A DNA stretch of 64,000 nt from Candidatus Spechtbacteria bacterium RIFCSPLOWO2_12_FULL_38_22 (GTDB lineage Bacteria; Patescibacteriota; Minisyncoccia; Spechtbacterales; 2-12-FULL-38-22), in NCBI GenBank assembly GCA_001820055.1, contig MHOK01000005.1, positions 7,371 through 71,370 on the forward strand, given 5' to 3'. A program made the position numbers and the translations under genes. This document shows positions 10,133-20,015 of the stretch, piece by piece (the stretch's first letter is position 1; each line of letters starts with the position of its first letter). Below the pieces are notes generated by a model. The model saw nothing but the letters and a program-made list of their open reading frames with translations, did no database searches and was not told where the DNA came from.

Positions 10133-10138
10133 CACAGA

Positions 10139-10201
10139 CTAAAAAGATTTCATCCACTATAGGGTTGCCTGGCAGCCCTATAGTGGATGAAATCTTTTTA
10201 G
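10139..10201. terminator. Long perfect hairpin between convergent genes
   Basis: CTAAAAAGATTTCATCCACTATAGGG-loop-CCCTATAGTGGATGAAATCTTTTTAG, stem ~26 bp. Confidence 0.6.
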
Positions 10202-10239
10202 TAGATAGCTATTCTATAGGAGGGGCAAACTAATAAACT

Positions 10240-10292
10240 CTGATACACAAAGAAAAAGCAGGACTTAATCCTGCTTTTTCTTTGTGTATCAG
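10240..10292. terminator. Second long perfect hairpin between convergent genes
   Basis: CTGATACACAAAGAAAAAGCAGGA-CTTAA-TCCTGCTTTTTCTTTGTGTATCAG. Confidence 0.6.
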
Positions 10293-10306
10293 TTATCATT
10301 ATTAAC

Positions 10307-12208
10307 CTACAAACTATCCGAAACTGTAAAAATTTTGGTTAACCTTATATTATCAAAAAAACTTACAAACTCCTTCCATATCTTGCCTAAAGAACTAACA
10401 GGCGCAATTTCTTTAAAGTCTGGTAGGGGTAATTTAACATCTATTGTATCTGTTTTTGAACACTGGCCGTTACCAGAGTTTGAATCTGTGGCAAGAGTGT
10501 TATCTGTAACCCTTAGGATAATTGTTTGGTTCCCGTCACTGCCAAATACTGCTTGGGGATTTTGTTGGGCAGAAGAACTTGGGGTTGTGTCAGCTGGAAA
10601 TGTCCAGTTCCAAGATTGACTTGCGCTTCCTGAATCAAAAATAGTTTGATCTCCAAATTGTACAGGCTCTCCTTGGGAGGGCTTTTGAGGCGCCCAAGAA
10701 AAATCTACAAACGGATATGGATGAAGAAGAGTTCTAAATGAAGTTCCGGCTGAAAATCCACTGCCTGCGTCCGAGGCATCATATACTTGCACTCTCCAAT
10801 AGTATGTCCTATTAAATGCCAGTTGTCCGTCTCCGTCTGCGATTCCGTCTGTAAATTCTGCCACCGGAGTAGAGGAAATAGCTATAAATCTTTCCTCGGC
10901 TCCACTTGCCACCTTTCCAGAATCAAATTGCAAATTTTGTTGAGTAAAGGATGGATTTCTTGAAACCTGCAATCTATATGCTGACTGGCTTGAACTTTCT
11001 AAATCAGAAAAATCCCACCTAAAACGTTCCCTAGCTATGCACGAGGGGCCAGAACCGATAACTAAACTGGCGGGCGAAGTGATTACTGTGGGGGGAGTAT
11101 TTATTAATGTACAAACCCTATCTCCATTTGGATCCTCGTAACCTGCGGGCATAGTTGCTTGTACTCCTCCGAGATTTGTACACAAATCTATAATACATGC
11201 TTGCGTATTGCATGCTTGCGAATCGCTTGTGCTTGTGCATGAAGTCGTATCCCTATTAATCGCAAGACGAGTGCGTGTTTGAGTGCCACCGCCACAAGGT
11301 TCAGAACAAGCACTCCAGACACTCCATTCAGAATATATACAACATCTGTCATCCAAAGAACATCTTTTTTCATTTGGATACGGAGCGCAAACTGTTCGTT
11401 CTTGCGGAACTTCTGTCGGATCACATTTCTCGCCTCCTCCACAACTGCCGACGGTCGTCCACGGTCCTTTGGCGCATGAATCACAAGACCGATGAGGTGT
11501 ACAACTTATAGACCCCGCGCAGTTAGTTTTTAAACCAGAATCGCATATACCGCAAGTAGGCGTAGACGCACTACATATTTGCGTACAAACCCTATCTCCA
11601 TTTGGATCTTCGTAACCCGCAGGCATAGTTGCCTGATTCCCTGCAATGTTTGTGCATACATCGCTAACGGGGCAAGTGGGAAGGTTTACCCCGTCCCATC
11701 TTATGGTAGTACTCCCAGATGGACAGGCGGCTTCTGAAGGAGCCTTGCCATCTACATTGGCCCTAACAGAATTAACCGGAGTACTGCCGTTACAACATAT
11801 TTTATACCGCCCGCCCACGGTACAATTACAATATCCTGCCCTCAAATACGGCGAAGGACCTGGTTCGTCATATTTATCTGCGGTTGAGCATGAGCTTGTG
11901 GTATAGATGAGTCTCCAACTACATGCATATCTACCCGTTCTCCTGCAAGAGGTAGTGTACTTACTCCATGTGTTAGTCTTGCTATTTGGGCCACAGGCCT
12001 CTCCACACCCTCCTGAATCGGTACGACTAGGACCATTATTACAGACTACGTTCGCGCCGGAGGGAGGACTACACCTTACTGGATCACATGATCCCAAACC
12101 ACCATCCGCCCGATATGGCTGATAAGCGCGAACTATGCTGAAAAAACCAAAAAACACAGCTACACTAACTGCCAAAAAAAGACTATGTTTAAGATATCGC
12201 TTATTCAT
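10307..12208 (-). CDS. Secreted/cell-surface Cys-rich adhesin-like protein with thrombospondin type-1 repeat, Fn3-like and PKD-like domains
   Basis: N-terminal signal/anchor. Residues ~291-338 read CIYSEWSVWSACSEPCGGGTQTRTR...QACNTQAC, a canonical TSP1 pattern (WSxWSxCSxxCGxGxQxRxR). Duplicated MPAGYEDPNGDRVCT modules. Fn3-like segment (TYYWRVQV). PKD-like segment (FGDQTIFDSG...WNWTF...ILRVTDN). Locally elevated GC. Confidence 0.7.
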   Translation of the reverse strand: MNKRYLKHSLFLAVSVAVFFGFFSIVRAYQPYRADGGLGSCDPVRCSPPSGANVVCNNGPSRTDSGGCGEACGPNSKTNTWSKYTTSCRRTGRYACSWRLIYTTSSCSTADKYDEPGPSPYLRAGYCNCTVGGRYKICCNGSTPVNSVRANVDGKAPSEAACPSGSTTIRWDGVNLPTCPVSDVCTNIAGNQATMPAGYEDPNGDRVCTQICSASTPTCGICDSGLKTNCAGSISCTPHRSCDSCAKGPWTTVGSCGGGEKCDPTEVPQERTVCAPYPNEKRCSLDDRCCIYSEWSVWSACSEPCGGGTQTRTRLAINRDTTSCTSTSDSQACNTQACIIDLCTNLGGVQATMPAGYEDPNGDRVCTLINTPPTVITSPASLVIGSGPSCIARERFRWDFSDLESSSQSAYRLQVSRNPSFTQQNLQFDSGKVASGAEERFIAISSTPVAEFTDGIADGDGQLAFNRTYYWRVQVYDASDAGSGFSAGTSFRTLLHPYPFVDFSWAPQKPSQGEPVQFGDQTIFDSGSASQSWNWTFPADTTPSSSAQQNPQAVFGSDGNQTIILRVTDNTLATDSNSGNGQCSKTDTIDVKLPLPDFKEIAPVSSLGKIWKEFVSFFDNIRLTKIFTVSDSL

Positions 12209-12839
12209 TAATAAAATATTTTTTGGACAACTCTTCGTCGTCTATTAAACTTTTAGCGACAGTGTCCATGCTCATAAATTGTATAAGCAAATTATAGTTA
12301 TCAAGAACAGCGGGGCCCTCAACCACTTCTGCAATCACGTGTCCCTCCTTATCTATAGAACCTCCCTTTGTTGAATCAATAATCCCTAAATTTTCTTGGG
12401 CTATTTTTTCCAAAGATATCGCTCCAGCCACAAAAACTCCTGTGGTAAAACTATCCACAACACCATTCGGATCATGCTCAAGAACAACCCAGCTCGTTTT
12501 ATCGTTCCAGTCCCAATCTAAATCAGTTCCGGCCATTAAATATCCTTCAAAGGGCGCTAGTACTCTTGTTCCAACAGGTAAGCTAAACGCAAAAAGACTA
12601 TATCCCTTAGAATCTTTGACAATGGTCCAATCGTCGCAATATTGTTGTTCAAGAATTAAACACTTGCCCGCTGACACTGATGGGAGTCCCTCTTTTTTAA
12701 AATCTTCTTCCAATAAAGAGTCTTCATTCTGGGACGCCCGAAATAAATATAAGAACAAACCCAGAAGAATCACCGAAACTAATGCAAATATTATTAATAG
12801 TATGGTCTTTTTGCTTTTCATGTATTTATAACTAAGCAA
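12201..12839 (-). CDS. Membrane-anchored protein with degenerate LytM/M23-like domain
   Basis: N-terminal TM. Domain VLAPFEGYL...WVVLEHDPNGVVDSFTTGVFV resembles the M23 beta-barrel core without HxH catalytic motifs. Paralogous to 12979-13668 (ILAPFDGYL). Confidence 0.4.
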   Translation of the reverse strand: MLSYKYMKSKKTILLIIFALVSVILLGLFLYLFRASQNEDSLLEEDFKKEGLPSVSAGKCLILEQQYCDDWTIVKDSKGYSLFAFSLPVGTRVLAPFEGYLMAGTDLDWDWNDKTSWVVLEHDPNGVVDSFTTGVFVAGAISLEKIAQENLGIIDSTKGGSIDKEGHVIAEVVEGPAVLDNYNLLIQFMSMDTVAKSLIDDEELSKKYFINE

Positions 12840-12978
12840 CGGTGTTCGTCTTTTTTTAGCTCCGAGGTTTAATTAAATTATATATCACACTCCCAATAAA
12901 CTAAAACCTAATCCTAACAAATTTTTAACAATATATGGAGTTGGGTGAGCGGGTTTGAGGCCCACTCACCCAACAGTC

Positions 12979-13668
12979 TCAAGGAAGATAGCTGAAAAAC
13001 TCGCGCATTAGGTCTTCGTCTTCTTCGTACCCTCCGGTGTCTGGATTGAATGTGGTTAAGCCAATCAATACATTGATTTGACTTTCTAGATCAACCATCA
13101 CCTTGGCAGGATCTGTAACTACAGCGATTACCTCCCCCCTCTTCTTCACTCCCGGCTCTGCAAAAGTGACACTGTGACCCGTGAGAATTAAAAGATAATC
13201 ACCTGACATATCTTCTCCCTGGAAAAATAATCCAGCAGGAACGTTGTGTCCGGCAATAAAAGAATTTGCCTGTGTATCAAGGTAACCATCAAATGGCGCC
13301 AGTATTTCACTCCCACTCGGCAAAATGTACCCAACACCTGCCAATTTTGATTCTGGCTGATACCCTATGTCTCCCAGTGAAATTGGAATGCCTTTTGGAT
13401 ATTCGGCCGGATCAACGATATAAATACCGTTTGCCGGAGGAATTACTTGTATCGTCGTAGTCGTAACTGGAATTGTCGTGGTCGTAGTTGTAGTGGTTGT
13501 CGAAGGAACTGCAGTTGTGGTCGTCGTAACTGGCGGCGCAGTTGTAGTCGTAATTGTCGGCTCTGCGGTAGTACTTGTGGTAGGAACAGCGCCTTTGCCA
13601 CTACATGCCGTAGCAACAAAGAAGATAAATGTCAGCATTAGTGCAAAAGAACGCGCGAACTTGGACAT
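12979..13668 (-). CDS. Lipoprotein with Thr/Pro-rich linker and degenerate LytM/M23-like domain
   Basis: Signal peptide with lipobox-like VATAC|SG. Poly-Thr linker. Domain shared with 12201-12839. Confidence 0.5.
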   Translation of the reverse strand: MSKFARSFALMLTFIFFVATACSGKGAVPTTSTTAEPTITTTTAPPVTTTTTAVPSTTTTTTTTTIPVTTTTIQVIPPANGIYIVDPAEYPKGIPISLGDIGYQPESKLAGVGYILPSGSEILAPFDGYLDTQANSFIAGHNVPAGLFFQGEDMSGDYLLILTGHSVTFAEPGVKKRGEVIAVVTDPAKVMVDLESQINVLIGLTTFNPDTGGYEEDEDLMREFFSYLP

Positions 13669-13832
13669 GTTGTTTACCTCTTTCTTGGTGATCTTGCGTT
13701 CTCAACGTGCGCGTGGCACGCAAGAACTCCTTACTGCCTCCAGTATATCGCTCATTTGACAAATAGTCAATAGTATTGTAAAAAACATTCTCTTCTGCAA
13801 AAATAACCTAAAACCAAAAAACGTCTACCAAT

Positions 13833-14186
13833 CTATAATTCAGTAGCAACACAATCATACGGGAGGAGTTCGTTTAATTCTTTCCTCGTTAATTCGTCTC
13901 TGGCATAAATTTCATCTAAGCGCTTAGTATAATCTTCCTGTTCTAGCAGGGGTAAGCTACTAAAGCCTTCACAAAGTATTTCTAAATTATTTGGCTTGAT
14001 TATATCTGTTTCATTCTTGGGCTTGGGTGAAACTCCTTTGTCAAAACCATTTCCAAAATAAAAGAAAGACCCCGCTCCAAGAATGACGACGCCGAGCACG
14101 ATACTCAAGATTAGCTGTTTATTTAAATGCGGCAAAACTTTAATCTTTTTCATAAATTTTATTGCGGTAAATAACCTCCAACTCAT
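13833..14186 (-). CDS. Small single-pass membrane protein
   Basis: 117 aa. One hydrophobic helix near the N-terminus. No recognizable domain. Confidence 0.35.
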   Translation of the reverse strand: MSWRLFTAIKFMKKIKVLPHLNKQLILSIVLGVVILGAGSFFYFGNGFDKGVSPKPKNETDIIKPNNLEILCEGFSSLPLLEQEDYTKRLDEIYARDELTRKELNELLPYDCVATEL

Positions 14187-14334
14187 TTACTTATACTTAA
14201 TTTTAATATTAAACTCCGCGTAAAGCAAAAAAGTTTTCCACCTATAAAAAATCCGCATCAACGTGCGGATTTTATTAAGGCTCAATCATTATGCATTCGC
14301 CGGGACACTCTTCGGCCGCTTCTAGCACAATAAA

Positions 14335-14360
14335 AAAATACCCGCAAATGCAGGTATTTA
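14335..14360 (-). terminator. Intrinsic terminator of the oxidoreductase gene
   Basis: Hairpin AAATACC-CGCAAATGC-AGGTATTT overlapping the stop codon, followed on the minus strand by a T-run (A7 on the plus strand). Confidence 0.5.
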
Positions 14361-15551
14361 CACTAAATCTTTTTCAAAATAATCAATTAAATCCGCTGGC
14401 AATTGCGGTACTTCTCTGCATCCCATATCCCCGCGTAAAGATTGTGTGGCTAAATCTCCTGTAGCAACCGCTTGGCGCGCGGCAATCGGAGAAACAGTTA
14501 TCTTTTTACCATCCCTAACATATCCAATAAATTCTTCTACAATCCTTGGGTCTGCTCCTCCGTGGCCACCAGCCGGGGGCAACACCCGCAGTATTTCTCC
14601 TTCGCTATATCCATCTACCCTATTTTTTAAAATCCTTATTTGGCTGCTACCAATATTTTCTATTCTTCCTTCCGTACCTATAAATGTGTAGTTGCGCCAT
14701 GCGTCAGGCGTGAAATGACACTGCTGATACGACGCAAATACTCCATTGTCAAATACCATATTTACTAAACTTACATCTTCAACATCCATATCGGGGTTAA
14801 GATTCTCTTGGCCCAACGGTGGCCAATTTTCAGGCACAGAAAATTGTCTAATCGTAACCCTACTTTCTGCTTTTAGGTAGTCCTCGCGCTTACTTGGATC
14901 CAACGCCCTGCCGTAAGTAGTTAAACCTCCCATAGCATGCACAAAGCGAGTATATCCACCACCCAACCAATGCATAACGTCTATGTCGTGTGCGGCCTTC
15001 TGTAATAATAGACCATTTACATATTTTCTTTGAGCATGCCAATCCTTAAAGTATGCATCTCCGCCGTAAGAAACAAAGTGTCTGCACCATATTGTAACAA
15101 TTCTTCCTATACTCCCTGAATCTATAATGCTTTTCATGGCCAATATAAGTTCCATGTGTCTCATGTTGTGTCCAACATAAACTTTTTTATCTACCCTACG
15201 CGCTGTCTCTAAAATTCTGTCGCATCCTTGCGTTGTAATAGCCATGGGCTTTTCTAAAAATACATGCTTACCAGCTTCAAGTGCGGCTACGGCTTGTTCT
15301 TCGTGTAAAAAATCCGGAGTCATTATAAATATCGCAGATATCTCTGGACAATCTAACAGATCTTGGTACTGGGTACTGGTAAACGTATCCCCGGCAAACG
15401 GTTTATTTTTAAACATGGCCAAAATTTCTGGTTTTATATCTGAGACGCCAACCAAAAATAATCCCTCATCGGGATTGTGCATATAGTCCACCATGCCGGT
15501 TCCCAGACCGCGCAGACCTAAACCCACCACCCCAACTCCGAATTGCTTCAC
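14358..15551 (-). CDS. Gfo/Idh/MocA family NAD(P)-dependent oxidoreductase
   Basis: N-terminal Rossmann motif GVGVVGLGLRG. EKPMA motif. C-terminal alpha/beta domain typical of the family. Confidence 0.8.
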   Translation of the reverse strand: MKQFGVGVVGLGLRGLGTGMVDYMHNPDEGLFLVGVSDIKPEILAMFKNKPFAGDTFTSTQYQDLLDCPEISAIFIMTPDFLHEEQAVAALEAGKHVFLEKPMAITTQGCDRILETARRVDKKVYVGHNMRHMELILAMKSIIDSGSIGRIVTIWCRHFVSYGGDAYFKDWHAQRKYVNGLLLQKAAHDIDVMHWLGGGYTRFVHAMGGLTTYGRALDPSKREDYLKAESRVTIRQFSVPENWPPLGQENLNPDMDVEDVSLVNMVFDNGVFASYQQCHFTPDAWRNYTFIGTEGRIENIGSSQIRILKNRVDGYSEGEILRVLPPAGGHGGADPRIVEEFIGYVRDGKKITVSPIAARQAVATGDLATQSLRGDMGCREVPQLPADLIDYFEKDLV

Positions 15552-15633
15552 TTGTGCTCCCGTCTACTCACAAGAACTAAACATAAAATACATAAAAAAA
15601 GAGCCCTAGTCAATGGGCCTTGGGACGTAAAAT

Positions 15634-15718
15634 AAAATAGTACAATTTATTCCGTCGTAAGCCTGCCTGCGGTAGGCAGGCGGGAACGAAGTGGCAGCGT
15701 GGAATAAATTGTGCTATT
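15634..15718. repeat. Inverted-repeat hairpin element, family A copy 2
   Basis: AAAATAGTACAATTTATTCCGTCGTAAGCCTGCCTGCGGTAGGCAGGCGGGAACGAAGTGGCAGCGTGGAATAAATTGT. Confidence 0.6.
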
Positions 15719-15728
15719 TGTTAAAAAA

Positions 15729-15856
15729 AGAGTTTGTATAATTTATTTCGTCGTAAGCCTGCCTACCGCAGGCAGGCGGGAATGAGCGTAGCGAATGGCA
15801 GCGTGAAATAAATTGTACAAACTCTTTTTTTAATAAACTGTACTATTTTTTATTTT
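15729..15856. repeat. Inverted-repeat hairpin element, family A copy 3, with conserved 25-nt tail
   Basis: Tandem to copy 2. Inner palindrome CCTGCCTACCGCAGGCAGGC. Tail AATAAACTGTACTATTTTTTATTTT is also present after copies 1 and 4. Confidence 0.6.
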
Positions 15857-15899
15857 ACGTATCTATGTTTTAAAACAATTCAATATACTGCTTAGAAAC

Positions 15900-17108
15900 T
15901 TAGCGCGGCAAAAAATCCTCAAATTTATCCCGTCTACGAATAAGTTTATCTTTTTTGCCTTGGATTAAGATTTCCGCCGGCAACAACCTCCCATTATACC
16001 GCGAGCTCATGGCAAAACTATGAGCTCCAGCGTCCCGAATCACCAACAAATCGCCCTCGGAAATAAATGAAATTTGTCTATCTTTTGCAAACACATCAGA
16101 ACTTTCACAAATATTCCCCACAATAGTAACCTTCTGCTTGCGTCCATTCGGATTACTGATGTTGTCAACTTTGTGATACGCGCCATACATGGCAGGCCTA
16201 ATTAAATGAGTCATTCCAGAGTTGGTTCCCGCCACCAATTCCCCGGCGGGAGTCTTTTTTATACTTGTTACCTCCATCAATAAGTTGCCCGCCTGACCGG
16301 TTAGGTAACGCCCGGGTTCCAGCAGTAAAAGAATATCTTTACCCAACACAAAAGACAACTCTTTCATTTTTTTAGAAATCCAAATACCGTATTTTTTAAC
16401 ATCCACGGACTTATCTTGAGGCTTATATGGTATTCCCAATCCCCCGCCTATGTTGATATATCTTAGATTTTCAAACTCTTGAGCAATTTTTATAGTAGTT
16501 TCAGTCGGCGCAAAAAAACTATCAACACCTAAAATGCCAGACCCTATATGCTGATGCACGCCTATTATTTTCAATCCGTATTTTTTAGCAATTTCTTTAA
16601 TTTTATTAACATCTTTATAGTAAATTCCAAAAGTATTATGCATGCCCGCGGTTACCACTTTTGCGTGGTGCCCTGCCCCAGAGGCTGGATTAATCCTTAC
16701 GCCAACTTCTGCACCCTTAGCTAATTTTCCAACTTGCTCTAACTGGCTCAACGAATCAGCGTGAAAATAAGTTTTATGTTTTATTATGTATTCTAGTTCT
16801 TGGCGAGAAAAATTACGTCCGGTTACGGAAATTTCATTAGCAAGCGCTCCTGCTTTTTTTGCCAAAAATAATTCTGTTGGAGAACCAGCGTCAAAACCCA
16901 CTCCTAAATCTCTTAATAATTTCAAAATGTATAAATTGCTATTTGCTTTTATAGCAAAAAGTATGCGTTTTGGTTCGTAGCTTATGGCGACTTTCAATGC
17001 TTTGAATTGACGCTCCATAACAGAAACATCATAAACGTAAAGCGGAGTTCCGTATTTTTTTGCTAAAGCTTTAAATTGTGCGTTGGAAATCATACTTTTA
17101 GAAATCAC
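15900..17108 (-). CDS. lysA: Diaminopimelate decarboxylase (PLP-dependent Orn/DAP/Arg decarboxylase family)
   Basis: 402 aa. PLP-binding AIKAN. GGGLGIPY and EPGRYL motifs. The lysA call over other fold-III decarboxylases is by length and motif pattern. Confidence 0.75.
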   Translation of the reverse strand: MISKSMISNAQFKALAKKYGTPLYVYDVSVMERQFKALKVAISYEPKRILFAIKANSNLYILKLLRDLGVGFDAGSPTELFLAKKAGALANEISVTGRNFSRQELEYIIKHKTYFHADSLSQLEQVGKLAKGAEVGVRINPASGAGHHAKVVTAGMHNTFGIYYKDVNKIKEIAKKYGLKIIGVHQHIGSGILGVDSFFAPTETTIKIAQEFENLRYINIGGGLGIPYKPQDKSVDVKKYGIWISKKMKELSFVLGKDILLLLEPGRYLTGQAGNLLMEVTSIKKTPAGELVAGTNSGMTHLIRPAMYGAYHKVDNISNPNGRKQKVTIVGNICESSDVFAKDRQISFISEGDLLVIRDAGAHSFAMSSRYNGRLLPAEILIQGKKDKLIRRRDKFEDFLPR

Positions 17109-17110
17109 AC

Positions 17111-17674
17111 TTATTTTAACCTTTCAACATACTCACCTTTCTCTGTATTTATCTTTATAATATCGCCTTCCTCTATAAAAAGCGGTGTCTGAATTTTGGC
17201 GCCTGTTTCTATTGTAACCATCTTTGTCCCTCCGCCTGCTGTATTACCTTTTACATTCGGGGGAGCATCTACAACCTTGTAATCAATCTTTATAGGCAAC
17301 TTAACGCCTATAAACTCATCGTCAAAATATTCAACCACAACCAATAACCCCCCTTTTAAAAACTCCTTCTCATAAACTAAATCTGACTCTTTTATACTAA
17401 CTCTGTTTGATTTGTCATTGGGGTCACTAAAAACGCACTCTCCCCTGTGGTTATATATAAATACAAGCTCCCTTTTTTCAATATCTGCAGGCTCAAAACG
17501 CTCATTAGAGCTTACGTTTTTTGAAATTATGGATCCCGTGACTAAATTTTTCAACTTCAACTGAACGGTTGCCCCCTGGCGTCCTTTCTTCATATGCGAG
17601 CTCTCCAAAACTTTATGTGGATGACCCCCCAAAATAAACACAGAATCTCTTTTTAAATCATTTGCCGAAATCAT
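17111..17674 (-). CDS. efp: Elongation factor P
   Basis: 187 aa. KLKNLVTG near the modified-Lys loop. Three OB domains. Typical EF-P length. Confidence 0.9.
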   Translation of the reverse strand: MISANDLKRDSVFILGGHPHKVLESSHMKKGRQGATVQLKLKNLVTGSIISKNVSSNERFEPADIEKRELVFIYNHRGECVFSDPNDKSNRVSIKESDLVYEKEFLKGGLLVVVEYFDDEFIGVKLPIKIDYKVVDAPPNVKGNTAGGGTKMVTIETGAKIQTPLFIEEGDIIKINTEKGEYVERLK

Positions 17675-18831
17675 GTTATTTTTTTGACTTCCAAATTATT
17701 TATTGCCTCTTGGACAGCGTCCTGAAGCTTAAGTTTTTCTTCCCACTGCGCAATTTCCTGTAGCTTTGCTTTCGTTTTTGGATTAGCGGAACTCAATACC
17801 GTACAGCAATCTTCAAACGGTAAAATTGAAATTTCGTAGGTATCTATACGTTTTGCAATCTCAATAGTCTCTAGCTTATCAAATCCAACGAGGGGTCGCA
17901 ATATGGGAAAGTTGATAGCATAGTCCACCGCGGCGATATTTTCTATGGTTTGACTTGCAACTTGTCCTAAACTTTCTCCGTTAATTAAAGCTTTGTAATT
18001 CTTTTTTTGGGCAATCTCTTTGGCAATTTGCACCATAAATCTTCTATGCAAGAGTGTCCATAATCGTTCTGGCGCTTTTTTTGATTCTACCTGAATTCTT
18101 GCTAAGTTTACAAGATACAACTGAATTTCCCCCCCATTAAAAACAGCCAACTTGCGACATAAATCTACCACCTTTTCTTTTGCTTTTTCCCCAGTGTAGG
18201 GCGGACTGTAAAAATGCACAGCATCAATTTTCATTCCACGCTTTTGACTCATCCATCCAGCAACAGGGCTATCTATGCCCCCTGAAAGCAACAATAATCC
18301 TGTGCCACTTATGCCCACGGGGAGTCCTTTAGGACCCGCAACTTCATCTTTGCTTGAATATAAATATATGCTAGATTTCTGCACTTCCACAAATATGCTA
18401 AAGTCAGGATTTTTAACATCCACTGTTAACATTTCGCCAAACTTATTAAGAACCGCCTCACCCAGTTCCTGGTTTAATTCCATTGAACTTTTTTCAAACT
18501 TTTTATCTGCTCTGCGAGCTTCTATTTTAAAAGTTTTGGCGCCATTTTCAACCTCTTTGCCTGCGATTTCATGTGTAATTTTTACAGCTTCTTTCAAGTT
18601 TGGTTCAACTTCATACGCTTCAACAAAACTGTGGATTCCAAAAATAGGTTTTAGGTTATAGTTGCTAGGTTTTAGGTTGTAAAGATAAATTCTTCCCTGC
18701 CCTATGATAATATCTTTATTGCTTAAACCTGTGCTTGCTTTAATATTTTTAATCAGTCGACCTATAAATTCATCTCTATTTTTACCCTTAAGCCAGATCT
18801 CTCCAAGTTTTATTAAAATAACTTTTTCCAT
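17671..18831 (-). CDS. thiI: tRNA 4-thiouridine synthase/sulfurtransferase ThiI
   Basis: THUMP domain followed by PP-loop SGGIDSPVAGW. Adjacent to cysteine desulfurase. Confidence 0.85.
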   Translation of the reverse strand: MEKVILIKLGEIWLKGKNRDEFIGRLIKNIKASTGLSNKDIIIGQGRIYLYNLKPSNYNLKPIFGIHSFVEAYEVEPNLKEAVKITHEIAGKEVENGAKTFKIEARRADKKFEKSSMELNQELGEAVLNKFGEMLTVDVKNPDFSIFVEVQKSSIYLYSSKDEVAGPKGLPVGISGTGLLLLSGGIDSPVAGWMSQKRGMKIDAVHFYSPPYTGEKAKEKVVDLCRKLAVFNGGEIQLYLVNLARIQVESKKAPERLWTLLHRRFMVQIAKEIAQKKNYKALINGESLGQVASQTIENIAAVDYAINFPILRPLVGFDKLETIEIAKRIDTYEISILPFEDCCTVLSSANPKTKAKLQEIAQWEEKLKLQDAVQEAINNLEVKKIT

Positions 18832-19974
18832 TTATACTCTTAGTTCTTTTAACTTATTTTTCAAAACTTTACATGTGAAATCTATATCTTTCTCGCTTGT
18901 GAAACGGCTCAATCCAAAACGCAGGCTTCCAGTTATATACTCGTCTGGCACCTTTATTTCTTCTAAAACATGACTAGCCCCGCGATTTGCAGATGAACAA
19001 GCAGATCCGCTAGATACGTATATGCCCTCTAGCTCAAGGGCATGAAGCAAAATTTCAGCAGGAACCCTCTCAAAACTTACATTCAATGTCATCAATATCC
19101 CATTCTGGGGGGAATTTATTCTTACTCCCTCCATGTCTCCCAAATATTCCAAAAACTTGCTTCGCAATTTTTCAAAGTGTTTTTTCTTAACCTCAAAATC
19201 TTCGTACATCAGCTCAACTGCTTTCCCAAAACCAACGATTCCTGCCACATTTTCTGTACCGCTACGCATTCTGTTTTCCTGATTTCCACCGTGTATCAGT
19301 TTTTCTATATTTACACCTTCTTTTATGATTAGCGCACCGACACCCTTTGGGCCATGTACTTTGTGAGAGCTTAAAGCATATAGGTCAATGCCTTCTAGAT
19401 TAATCTCTAGTTTGCCAAGCGCTTGCACGCCATCTGAAAAAAATATAATATCTTTTTTTTTGTTTTTGCATGCTCGCGCTAAATCATTTATCGGATAGAC
19501 GGTTCCTATTTCATTATTTACATGCATTATTGAAACTAAAATTGTTCTATCGGTTATAGAGTCTACTAACTCATCCTTGTTAATGCGCCCCTCACCGTCT
19601 ACATCTAAATAGGTAACCTCAAAACCCTTGCTTTCTAGATACTGGCAGGTGCGCAATACCGCCTTGTGTTCTGTTTTTTGAGTAATTATGTGGTTACCGC
19701 TTTTTTGATGCGCAAACGTAGCTCCCTTTACTGCCCAGTTATCACTTTCCGTTGCGCCAGAAGTAAAAATAACTTCAGAACTTTTCACACACAAGATACC
19801 TGCAATTTTACGACGCGCTTCTTCAATGCCACGCATGGCTTCAACTCCCTTTATGTGCAAACTTGAAGGATTGCCAAAAAATTCCTCCATATAGGGCAAC
19901 ATGGCCTCTTTTACTTTCGGGTCTAGGGGAGTAGTCGCATTGTTGTCAAGATAAATTTTATTCACTTCGTTCAT
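18832..19974 (-). CDS. iscS: Cysteine desulfurase (IscS/NifS family)
   Basis: PLP-dependent class V aminotransferase motifs. SSHKVHGPKGVGAL (PLP-Lys region). Active-site Cys loop near the C-terminus (SGSACSS). Confidence 0.85.
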   Translation of the reverse strand: MNEVNKIYLDNNATTPLDPKVKEAMLPYMEEFFGNPSSLHIKGVEAMRGIEEARRKIAGILCVKSSEVIFTSGATESDNWAVKGATFAHQKSGNHIITQKTEHKAVLRTCQYLESKGFEVTYLDVDGEGRINKDELVDSITDRTILVSIMHVNNEIGTVYPINDLARACKNKKKDIIFFSDGVQALGKLEINLEGIDLYALSSHKVHGPKGVGALIIKEGVNIEKLIHGGNQENRMRSGTENVAGIVGFGKAVELMYEDFEVKKKHFEKLRSKFLEYLGDMEGVRINSPQNGILMTLNVSFERVPAEILLHALELEGIYVSSGSACSSANRGASHVLEEIKVPDEYITGSLRFGLSRFTSEKDIDFTCKVLKNKLKELRV

Positions 19975-20015
19975 AAAATATTAGTAACCAGCAACAAGTA
20001 ACTTGTAACAAGTAA

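Noticed and set aside
11188-12122. Multiple 60-100-aa ORFs on both strands inside the adhesin gene
   Set aside because: Overlap a long, motif-rich ORF in a GC-rich region. Typical spurious antisense or alternate-frame ORFs.
13447-13759. Plus-strand ORFs (Arg/Cys-rich and poly-Val) opposite the Thr-rich lipoprotein
   Set aside because: Low-complexity translations of the antisense of the poly-Thr linker codons.
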